From positions 93,438-157,437 of the forward strand of contig CAIUMM010000015.1 in the NCBI GenBank assembly GCA_903900265.1: a stretch of DNA of 64,000 nucleotides. Reading direction: 5' to 3'. The translations under genes were made by a program, and so were the position numbers. The DNA comes from an uncultured Pseudomonadota bacterium. Its GTDB lineage: Bacteria; Myxococcota_A; UBA796; SXON01. Positions within the stretch are counted from its first letter, which is position 1. Every line of letters starts with the position of its first letter. Positions 1-7,287 of the stretch are shown here, in pieces. The notes under the pieces are model-generated. The model was not told the origin of the DNA, ran no database searches, and saw only the letters and a program-made list of their open reading frames with translations.

Positions 1-55
1 GGCGGCGATCGCCGCGATCGCGAGCCTGACCCGCACGCTCCCAGCGGGGACGCGG

Positions 56-499
56 GTGTTCGAGAGCGACGGCGGCGTCGCGATGTTGGGCCTGTCGGTG
101 CTTCCGTTGGCGGGCTGCTGCTTGCTGCTGGCTGGCGCGGCCGATCAGGTCGGACGCTACGGCCTGCGCGGCGTAGTGTGGGCGGTGCTGTGTACTGGCC
201 TCGCGGCGGCTTCGGGCGTAGCCGGGGGCGCGCTCGCGTGGACGCGCGAGGAAGTGCGCGTAGGACCCGGGCAGATCGCGGTGATCGCCGGCCGCGGGCT
301 CCCGAGGGTGCGCCTTTGGCGCGGAGCTGAGATCCGGCTGGAGTGCAGCGAGGTGCACGTGTACAAGGGAGTCAGCTGGAAAGTCGAGGTGGTCTCGGCT
401 TCTGGTGAGCGTCAGGTGGTCGGGCGTGCGCGCACCGAGGCGGACGCGACCGCGGCGCGGGATGCGATCCTTGCGTTGGTTCGAGCTCCGGGGGCCTGA
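56..499 (+). CDS. hypothetical membrane protein (two hydrophobic helices plus a soluble C-terminal domain)
   Basis: 147-aa ORF with hydrophobic stretches LGLSVLPLAGCCLLLAGAA and VVWAVLCTGLAAASGVAGGALAW. The same frame stays open back to base 2, so the true start may lie upstream of the window. Confidence 0.4.
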   Translation: MFESDGGVAMLGLSVLPLAGCCLLLAGAADQVGRYGLRGVVWAVLCTGLAAASGVAGGALAWTREEVRVGPGQIAVIAGRGLPRVRLWRGAEIRLECSEVHVYKGVSWKVEVVSASGERQVVGRARTEADATAARDAILALVRAPGA

Positions 500-780
500 C
501 CCGGGTGAGTCGGACTAGCGCCGACGGGCCAGATGTGTGCCCATCTCGACAACGAGCCTGAGGCGGTGTGCGCTCGGATCATCGTTTGGCGCCTTCAGGA
601 GCCACCAGCCCGCGGCGCACCGCCTGTACGGCTGCTTGTTGGAGGATGTCGGGCGGTAGCGGGCCCGCAGCACCATCCTGGAGGGTGCGCACTGCGCTCG
701 TGGTCGGGCGTCTCGCGCCGCGCGCTCGATGAACGCATTTTGAATGGTATTCATCACTCCGCGCGGACCCTTGAATCGTT

Positions 781-950
781 GCGACCGTCGCCGATTTGAT
801 GAATAAATAAGGTTATAAATTTATAAATGTCCAATCTTGCCAAGATCGTCCGGTACGGATCGATACCGGACTGCCGCGTTCTCCCCACAGTCGCGCTCAT
901 TCTGAACAGGTTTTGAGCAGGTCAATTCCGACCCTTGCCTGGAGGCAACG
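781..950 (+). promoter_or_regulatory. AT-rich upstream region of the rhodopsin gene (candidate promoter/operator plus RBS)
   Basis: Most AT-rich tract in the window. It contains TTGATG (796-801), a perfect tandem octamer TTATAAAT TTATAAAT (813-828), an imperfect hairpin CCGGTA..TACCGG (850-869), and GGAGG (941-945) 5 nt before the ATG at 951. Confidence 0.45.
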
Positions 951-1742
951 ATGTCCCTTCCCCTCGAACTCTCGTCTGGCGAGTTTCAGCTAGTCTACAA
1001 TATGTTATCGCTGGCTATCGCCGCGATGTTTGCCTCGTTCGCCTTCTTTGTGATGGTGCAGCAGCAGCTCACCGCCAAGTACCGTCCCGCGATGATCCTG
1101 TCGTCGCTCGTGGTCGGCATCGCCGGGTACCACTACTGGCGCATCTTCAACAGCTGGGAGGGTGCCTACGCGCTGAATGAAGCCGGCCGTTACGTAGCGA
1201 CCGGTGAAGCCTTCAACGACGCGTATCGGTACGTAGATTGGCTCCTGACCGTGCCGCTGTTGGTGGCCGAGCTCGTGGCCGTGTTGGCGTTGCCAAAGGA
1301 GCGTCGCGGCTCCATGATGGCGCGGTTGGTGGTCGCCAGCGCGCTCATGATCGGTCTCGGGTACCCCGGTGAAATCTCGGGCGATGCCACGACCCGCGTG
1401 GTCTGGGCGGTCTTGAGCACGATCCCCTTCGTCTACATCCTTTTCGTGCTCTACACCCAGCTCGGACAGGCGGCCAACATCAAGGATTCCGAGGTGAAGG
1501 TGCTCCTCCGCAACACGCAGTTGTTGCTTCTCGGGACTTGGGGCTTCTACCCCATCGCGTACGCGATGCCCCTGCTCGGTATCGGTGGCTCGGGGGCTAC
1601 CGTCGCACTGCAGGTCGGTTACTCGATCGCCGACATCGCTGCAAAGTGCGGCTACGGCACCATGATCTACCACATTGCACGTGCGAAGATGGCGGCTGAG
1701 GGCGTTGACGAGGCTGAAGAGCCCCGGCTCGCTTTGAAGTGA
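951..1742 (+). CDS. microbial rhodopsin, xanthorhodopsin/Gloeobacter-rhodopsin-like light-driven proton pump (DTE motif)
   Basis: 263 aa with seven hydrophobic segments. Helix-C string RYVDWLLTVPLLVAEL gives D96/T100/E107. Helix-G string YSIADIAAK gives D228 and Schiff-base K232 (nt 1644-1646). H61 lies in IAGYHYWRIFNSW. The blocks FNDAYRYVDWLLTVPLL, GYPGEIS, STIPFVYIL and GFYPIAY match my recollection of Gloeobacter rhodopsin/xanthorhodopsin. Confidence 0.95.
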   Translation: MSLPLELSSGEFQLVYNMLSLAIAAMFASFAFFVMVQQQLTAKYRPAMILSSLVVGIAGYHYWRIFNSWEGAYALNEAGRYVATGEAFNDAYRYVDWLLTVPLLVAELVAVLALPKERRGSMMARLVVASALMIGLGYPGEISGDATTRVVWAVLSTIPFVYILFVLYTQLGQAANIKDSEVKVLLRNTQLLLLGTWGFYPIAYAMPLLGIGGSGATVALQVGYSIADIAAKCGYGTMIYHIARAKMAAEGVDEAEEPRLALK

Positions 1743-1945
1743 TCGCATCCGACGATTCCGCGGTGGGTCACTACCGGACGAGCGCTGGGGCGCTGGGTTT
1801 CGTCGGCGCGCTCGGGGTTGTGGTCGGGGCGGTGTCCACGGCCACCGGCACCGAGCTGCACTTCATCGATGGGCAGGCGATGGTCGGGTTCTCCCTGCTT
1901 TATGTCGTAATCGCGATGTACATGGCGTTTGCCAAGACAGGATGA
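1739..1945 (+). CDS. small two-TM membrane protein translationally coupled to the rhodopsin gene
   Basis: The GTG start overlaps the rhodopsin TGA stop (GTGA at 1739-1742). 68 aa with two hydrophobic helices (GALGFVGALGVVVGAVSTA and MVGFSLLYVVIAMYMAF). Third-codon positions are mostly G/C, as in real genes here. Confidence 0.5.
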   Translation: MIASDDSAVGHYRTSAGALGFVGALGVVVGAVSTATGTELHFIDGQAMVGFSLLYVVIAMYMAFAKTG

Positions 1946-1952
1946 TCTCGCT

Positions 1953-1987
1953 CCGGTCTGCTGGGAAATCGACCCCCAGCGGACCGG
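1953..1987. terminator. candidate bidirectional terminator hairpin between convergent genes
   Basis: CCGGTCTGCTGGG (1953-1965), a 9-nt loop, then CCCAGCGGACCGG (1975-1987). This is a 13-bp stem with one mismatch, followed by TTCC. It lies between the rhodopsin operon (+) and the SDR gene (-). Confidence 0.45.
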
Positions 1988-2050
1988 TTCCTACCGTGGG
2001 CGGGGCGTGCGGGCGGCTGGCGTCTCTGGGGGAAAGGTCCGAAACAGGGG

Positions 2051-2773
2051 CTAGCCCTTGGTGCGCACCGTGGACCGGCCACCGTCGACTGGCAGGACCT
2101 GCCCGGTGATCCACCCCGCGTCCGGCCCGAGCAGGAAGGCAGCTGCCGCCGCCATGTCCGCCGCCTGGCCGAGCCGCGGGATCGGGTGGAGAGCGGCGAT
2201 GGACTTGGCTATGGCTTCGTTGCTCGTGAGCCCGGCCGCGAGCGGCGTGTCCGTGAGGCTGGGTGCGATGCAGTTCACCCGGATTGACGGAGCCAGATCG
2301 GCCGCGAGGCTCCGGGTGAGCGCCTCCACCGCGCCCTTCGCCGAGGCGATGACCACGTGGTTGGTGAACCCCTGCCCCGCCGCAATCGACGAGAACAACA
2401 CCACGGACCCGCCGCCGGCTCTGAGCGCGTCGTGGGCCTCGCGCACGGCCACCACCGCACCGACCACGTTTAGTCGGTAGGCGTCGACCATAGTGGCGGA
2501 GTCGACGCGACGGACCGGCTTCAACACGATGGACCCCACACAGTAGGCGAGTCCGGAGACAGTATCGCCGGCGGCGGCGATCGCGGCGGCGAGTTGGGTT
2601 TCGTCCACCACATCGGCGGCGGCCCAGGTGGCGCCGAGCTCGGCGGCAAGAGCAGCGAGGCGGCCTTCGTCGCGCGCGACGAGGTGCACGGCGCGGCCTT
2701 CGGCGACGAGCCGCCGCGCGAGCGCGGCCCCGATGCCACCGGTGCCACCAACGATCACGACGGGTCCAGACAT
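2051..2773 (-). CDS. short-chain dehydrogenase/reductase (SDR) family oxidoreductase
   Basis: 240 aa with the N-terminal Rossmann motif VVIVGGTGGIGAALARRL and a length and profile typical of classical SDRs (SSIAA...ASKGAVEAL). Confidence 0.9.
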   Translation of the reverse strand: MSGPVVIVGGTGGIGAALARRLVAEGRAVHLVARDEGRLAALAAELGATWAAADVVDETQLAAAIAAAGDTVSGLAYCVGSIVLKPVRRVDSATMVDAYRLNVVGAVVAVREAHDALRAGGGSVVLFSSIAAGQGFTNHVVIASAKGAVEALTRSLAADLAPSIRVNCIAPSLTDTPLAAGLTSNEAIAKSIAALHPIPRLGQAADMAAAAAFLLGPDAGWITGQVLPVDGGRSTVRTKG

Positions 2774-3034
2774 GTGCGCTCCATCCGAAGCGGTTCGCTT
2801 TAGCGCCGAGCACGGCGCCGGGCGAGCGTGTGCCGCGCAGTGCGAGAAGCAGCATACGGAGCGGGTGGTTCACGCGACGCCCATCCCGTGGTGGGGTGGG
2901 GGATGAGCGAGGCGGGCGCCCGGGTGCGCTCTGCGGGCGGACGGACAAGGGAAGTGCTGGGGCGCTGCAACGATGGGATGCTCTTCGCACCCGGAATGGC
3001 GAGGAGTCGAGCCGCGTCCGTAAGCCGCCGCGCG

Positions 3035-3775
3035 TCAAATCCGCCTTGCCCGCCGCGTCGGGCGGGCTGAGGGTTTACGGCGCCTCAGCAGCGCGGCGAA
3101 GAGGCCCATCGTGGTCGCCCATCCGGCAGTGGGGCTGCTCACGGTGGCGCAATGCGCGAGGTTCTCGGGGCCGACCCAACTGGAGAGCTCCCCCTCGCTG
3201 TCGATGGCGGCGGCGTAGACCTCGCCCTCGTACTCCGTGCTCCACCCTCCCCCCGGAAAGGCAAAGCCGAGCACGTCGGCCCCTTCCAGCGCGTCGAAGG
3301 GCGCTTCGGCGAACAGCACGGCCACCGCGTCCGTGCTTACCGTGATCCGGTTGGCGGGCACGGTGGGCCCGCTGCAATCCTCCTCTTTGATGTGGGTGAT
3401 GGCGGAGGCGGCGACGGTGATGCCCGGGGCGTCCGGCGCCACACCAGGGTCACCCAGCCCATCGGAGATCGTGGCCACGCAGCCTTCCTCGCCGCAACGG
3501 TCGGTGCGGTACGCGCCCGGCGCGAGCGGCGCGTCGGGGAGGATCAGCGTTTGCTCGCTGCCGTTGACGAAGAAGGACACGGACGTCGCCGCCACCTCGC
3601 CCGCTTCGCCGCTCACGGTGGCGCCCGCGTAGTCTGCGGTGAACACCGCTGCGGGCCCTGCGGTGAGACCCGGCAGGCCGAAGCCGAAGCCGTAGGGGCC
3701 GCGCGAGAGCGAGCAGGCGGAAGCAGGAGCGGGGGCGAAGGGGAGCAGGAAGATCAAGAAGAGAATGCGGCGCAT
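3035..3775 (-). CDS. secreted protein with a Cys-containing C-terminal sorting tail (MYXO-CTERM-like)
   Basis: Start trimmed to MRRILFLIFLLPFAPAPASAC (signal/lipobox-like). The C-terminus HCATVSSPTAGWATTMGLFAALLRRRKP has a Cys, a hydrophobic helix and a basic cluster. Confidence 0.6.
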   Translation of the reverse strand: MRRILFLIFLLPFAPAPASACSLSRGPYGFGFGLPGLTAGPAAVFTADYAGATVSGEAGEVAATSVSFFVNGSEQTLILPDAPLAPGAYRTDRCGEEGCVATISDGLGDPGVAPDAPGITVAASAITHIKEEDCSGPTVPANRITVSTDAVAVLFAEAPFDALEGADVLGFAFPGGGWSTEYEGEVYAAAIDSEGELSSWVGPENLAHCATVSSPTAGWATTMGLFAALLRRRKPSARPTRRARRI

Positions 3776-3955
3776 GGTGACCTCTGCAGGCACTGCAGCA
3801 ACAGGCGTGCCATGCGTGGGGTGAGCGTCGACCGGTGTAGCTTCGACCGGCTGGATCGCTCACCGGCCGCCGATGCGGCGGCCGCCGCTGGCGGCGCTCC
3901 GGGCGGACGTCGCGGCGGCGCTGTCGCGGCTGGTGGGACAGCTTAGGCTCCACCC

Positions 3956-5608
3956 ATGCCCGCACCCGTACACGTCCCCACCGCAAAGACCCACGCCCGC
4001 GTGAGCGCGCCCGTCCCTGAGCGCGTCGACGTCGCCGTGATCGGCGCCGGGCTCGGCGGCTTGATGACCGCCGCCCGACTCGCGAAGCGCGGCCGGAAGG
4101 TCGCCGTGTTGGACAGCCACTACGTCGCGGGCGGCTGCGCGACGATGTTCACCCGCGGCACCGGCGAGCAGCGGGTCAACTTCGACGTCGGCCTCCACTA
4201 CGTCGGGGACTGCGGCCCGGGCGGCCGGATCCCCGAGCTGCTGCAGGAGGTCGGGGTCGACGTCGACTGGCGCCCCCTCGACCCCGACGGCTTCGACGAG
4301 CTGGTGTTCCCCGACCTGCGCTTCCGCATCCCCGCGGACCGCGGGCTGTACCGCGACCGGCTGGTCGCTGCGTTCCCGAAGGAGAAGGCGGGCATCGATC
4401 GCTACGTGCGCCTGCTCCGGGAGGTCGAGGTGCTCGCCCGCCCCGGCGCGCCCAGAGGTTGGCGGCTCGCGTGGGAGGCCGCGACCCGCGCGCGTGTCGC
4501 CGCCGCGAACAAGGCAGAGACGCTCGGCGCATTCCTGGACTCGTGCACCCAAGACCGGCACCTGCGGGCGGTGATCGCCGGGCAGAACGGCGACTACGGC
4601 CTGCCGCCGTCCCGCGTGAGCGTGATGCTGCACGCCGGCCTCGTCAATCACTACTTCAAGGGGGCGTATTACCCGCGCGGCGGCGGCCAAGTCATCGCGG
4701 ACCAGCTGTGCGCGGTGATCGAGGCCGCAGGCGGCACGATCCACCTTCGACACCCGGTCACGGGCATCGTCGTCGAGGACGATCGCGCCGTCGGCGTGCG
4801 CTACCGCGGCCCGCACGGGATGGCGGACGCCCCCGATCCCGTTCTGCATGCGCCGCTCGTCGTCAGCAACGCCGACCTTCGGCGCACGGTGCTGGAGCTG
4901 ATGCCCTCGACCGCGGTGTCTCCCGCCTTGCGCGCAAAGGCCGAGGGCTGGGAGATGGGCGGGGCGATCTTCCTCACCTGCTTGGCGGTGCGTGCTGACC
5001 TCTCCGCGCTTGGCGCGACCAACTACTGGCAGTTCGACGACTACGACTTCGACACGATGTACTCAGAGACGCGTCACGCTGAGACGCGGGGTGTCGAGAC
5101 GCGAGGTGCCATCCCGCCCGTGCGCGGCTGCTACATCACCAGCGCCACGCAGAAGGACAAGGGCACGCCCGGCCACGCGCCCGAGGGCATCGAGACCGTC
5201 GAGGTGATGGCGCTGGTCCCCGGTGCGCCCGAGGCGTGGGGGGTGCCCGAGTCCGAGGTCGGACGCCCCCGCTACCGCAGCGGCGCCGTGTACCAGGCCC
5301 ACAAGGCGCGTATCGAGGCGGACCTCGTCGCCCGGTTGGAGCGGCTCTTCCCGGGCTCCACCCGCGAGATCGTCCACCGCGAGAGCGCGACCCCGGTGAC
5401 GCACAGCCGCTACACGAGCGCGACGGCGGGCAGCGGCTACGGTCTGGCCGCTACGCCGGACCAGTTTTTAGAGCACCGCCCGGGCCCGCGCGGGCCCGTA
5501 GCCGGGCTGTACTTCGCCGGCGGAAACCTTCGGTCCGGGCACGGGATCTCGGGCGCTTTGGCGTCCGGAGCCCAAGCGGTGCGGGTCATCGAGCGGGACG
5601 GCCGGTAG
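3956..5608 (+). CDS. FAD-dependent oxidoreductase of the CrtI / phytoene-desaturase / retinol-saturase (RetSat)-like family
   Basis: 550 aa. Carries the dinucleotide-binding motif VAVIGAGLGGL, HYFKGAYYPRGGGQ, and a C-terminal LYFAGG...GHGISGA motif typical of amine-oxidase-fold carotenoid/retinoid enzymes. Confidence 0.85.
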   Translation: MPAPVHVPTAKTHARVSAPVPERVDVAVIGAGLGGLMTAARLAKRGRKVAVLDSHYVAGGCATMFTRGTGEQRVNFDVGLHYVGDCGPGGRIPELLQEVGVDVDWRPLDPDGFDELVFPDLRFRIPADRGLYRDRLVAAFPKEKAGIDRYVRLLREVEVLARPGAPRGWRLAWEAATRARVAAANKAETLGAFLDSCTQDRHLRAVIAGQNGDYGLPPSRVSVMLHAGLVNHYFKGAYYPRGGGQVIADQLCAVIEAAGGTIHLRHPVTGIVVEDDRAVGVRYRGPHGMADAPDPVLHAPLVVSNADLRRTVLELMPSTAVSPALRAKAEGWEMGGAIFLTCLAVRADLSALGATNYWQFDDYDFDTMYSETRHAETRGVETRGAIPPVRGCYITSATQKDKGTPGHAPEGIETVEVMALVPGAPEAWGVPESEVGRPRYRSGAVYQAHKARIEADLVARLERLFPGSTREIVHRESATPVTHSRYTSATAGSGYGLAATPDQFLEHRPGPRGPVAGLYFAGGNLRSGHGISGALASGAQAVRVIERDGR

Positions 5609-5623
5609 GGTTCTGCGCGCGCC

Positions 5624-6382
5624 CTACCCAACCTTCTGCCCCCGCAGGTAGATCCACCAGTAGGTGAGCGCCACGAGGCCGCCCCCTCCGACCACGTTCC
5701 CGGCGGTCACCGCGACAAGGTTCCGCGCGGCACCTGCAAGGTCGAGCCCGCCGAGCATCGCGGCGAGCGGCAGCAGGTAGAAGTTGGCGACTGAGTGCTC
5801 AAACCCGCAGGCGACGAACGCCGCGATCGGCCCGACGATGACGAGCACCTTCTCGCCGGTGCCCTCGCACGCGGTCGCGCACCACACCGCGAGGCAAACG
5901 AGGACATTACAGAGGATCCCACGCACAAAGGCGACCCCGAAGGGCAGGGCGACCTTGGCGGTGGCGACCGCGATCACCGTGGCCCGCACCGGCTCGGCGG
6001 GGTGGGAGAGCGCGACGAGCACCGCGAGCCCAACCGCGCCGACGGCGTTTCCGGCCAACACCACCGCCCAGGTGCGGAGCAGCCGGCCGATCGAGAGCCG
6101 CCCGGCGGCCGCCGCGATCACCAGCAGGTTGTCGCCGGTGAAGAGCTCCGCGCCGGCCACCACCACGAGGACCAAGCCCACGGAGAACACCCCGCCCGCG
6201 AGCACCTGACGAAGCCCGTACCCGAGCCCTTCGGTGCCGGTGAGCGCCACCATCGCGAGCTGCGCGGCGATCGCGATGAACGCCCCGGCCAACACCGCGA
6301 GCGGGAACATCGTCGCCAGCGGCGCACGTGCGCGCTCCTCCCCCGCGGAGAGCACTTTTGCCGCAACATCTGCAGGGGTCAC
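5624..6382 (-). CDS. formate/nitrite transporter (FNT) family channel
   Basis: 252 aa and polytopic. GAELFTGDNLL and FEHSVANF are hallmark FNT motifs. Confidence 0.9.
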   Translation of the reverse strand: MTPADVAAKVLSAGEERARAPLATMFPLAVLAGAFIAIAAQLAMVALTGTEGLGYGLRQVLAGGVFSVGLVLVVVAGAELFTGDNLLVIAAAAGRLSIGRLLRTWAVVLAGNAVGAVGLAVLVALSHPAEPVRATVIAVATAKVALPFGVAFVRGILCNVLVCLAVWCATACEGTGEKVLVIVGPIAAFVACGFEHSVANFYLLPLAAMLGGLDLAGAARNLVAVTAGNVVGGGGLVALTYWWIYLRGQKVG

Positions 6383-6448
6383 GACGCCATCCTGTTTCTG
6401 GGGATCAAGCTACTCACGCGGAGGTAGATCGCGGAGCCCCCCGCGCAT

Positions 6449-6706
6449 TCAACCCGCCGGATCCTGACCCGCCGCGCGCCGCTTCAGCTCGCGCAGGTGC
6501 CACTGATACAGGCTCTCTACCTTGGTTCGCGCCCACGGGGTCTTGCGCAAGAACTTCAAGCTCGACGCGATGCTGGGATCCTTGCTGAAGCAGTTGAGCG
6601 GGATCATCTCAGCGAGCTGCTCCCACCCCCAGGTTTCGAACAGCTGGGTGACCATCTGCTCCAAGGTGATGCCGTGGAGCGGGTTCTTGGGTTGTACGAG
6701 CGGCAT
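6449..6706 (-). CDS. VF530/DUF2132-family small DNA-binding-like protein
   Basis: Start trimmed to [16 protein letters not shown], with AAGGAG 5 nt upstream. The [24 protein letters not shown] block matches my memory of DUF2132. Confidence 0.7.
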   Translation of the reverse strand: MPLVQPKNPLHGITLEQMVTQLFETWGWEQLAEMIPLNCFSKDPSIASSLKFLRKTPWARTKVESLYQWHLRELKRRAAGQDPAG

Positions 6707-6717
6707 GGGGGCTCCTT

Positions 6718-7254
6718 TCAGCTGCGCGCGCGGCGGGGCTTGACCGACCATGTGAACGAAAAGCGGCTGACCTCGCTGCCGTCGGCGAGGGTACCGACGC
6801 TGTGCAGGGTGAACGTGCGTGACTCGCCGGTGGCTTTGGCCTCGCGCACCGCGTCGAACACCACCGCACCTTGCTCGCAGACGAACGTGGCCGTAGATGT
6901 CGCTTTTTTACCGAATGAAGCCTGCATGTCGACGATGAGGATCGAGAACGGCACGCCGGCGTCCTCCAGCGCGAGCATCCCCAAGGCGCCGGTGGACATC
7001 TCCGCGGCCATCGCCTGCGCGGCAAAGTACGTGGATCGAAAGGGGTTTTGGCTACGCCAGCCGTAGGGCACCGCCGCGACGCAGCGCTGCGTGTCGACGC
7101 TCACGAGGCGCACGCCGGTGAACCAAGCCGAGGGCAGCTTCAGCAGCGACCACGTCGCGAACGCGAAGGGGTAGCGGATCCGGTGCCGCAGCAGCTCAGC
7201 CGAGGGGGAGAGCGCGGTCGGGGCTGTCGGGGACTGCGAGGCGGGAGTTTCCAT
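6718..7254 (-). CDS. hot-dog-fold thioesterase-like protein (DUF4442-like)
   Basis: 178 aa. Overall pattern is a beta-sheet-wrapped helix domain, with [16 protein letters not shown]. The family call is from memory only. Confidence 0.5.
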   Translation of the reverse strand: METPASQSPTAPTALSPSAELLRHRIRYPFAFATWSLLKLPSAWFTGVRLVSVDTQRCVAAVPYGWRSQNPFRSTYFAAQAMAAEMSTGALGMLALEDAGVPFSILIVDMQASFGKKATSTATFVCEQGAVVFDAVREAKATGESRTFTLHSVGTLADGSEVSRFSFTWSVKPRRARS

Positions 7255-7287
7255 CGAGTGGCATCTACCCCGCTGTCCGCCGGTCGG

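Noticed and set aside
515-799. Two mutually overlapping small ORFs (515-757 minus, 533-799 plus) between the first gene and the rhodopsin promoter.
   Set aside because: Neither has a recognisable motif or RBS. The minus-strand one has the better GC3, but its product is very basic and low-complexity. I cannot support either as a gene.
1863-3038. 391-aa ORF on the minus strand overlapping the SDR gene. Similar long ORFs occur at 7460-8713, 20818-21747, 38643-40430, 41669-43369, 57656-59278 and 62327-63445.
   Set aside because: Their translations are dominated by Arg, Pro, Gly and Ala with no hydrophobic cores or motifs. This is the usual out-of-frame or antisense artefact of very GC-rich DNA. 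In every case another frame carries a protein with recognisable domains.
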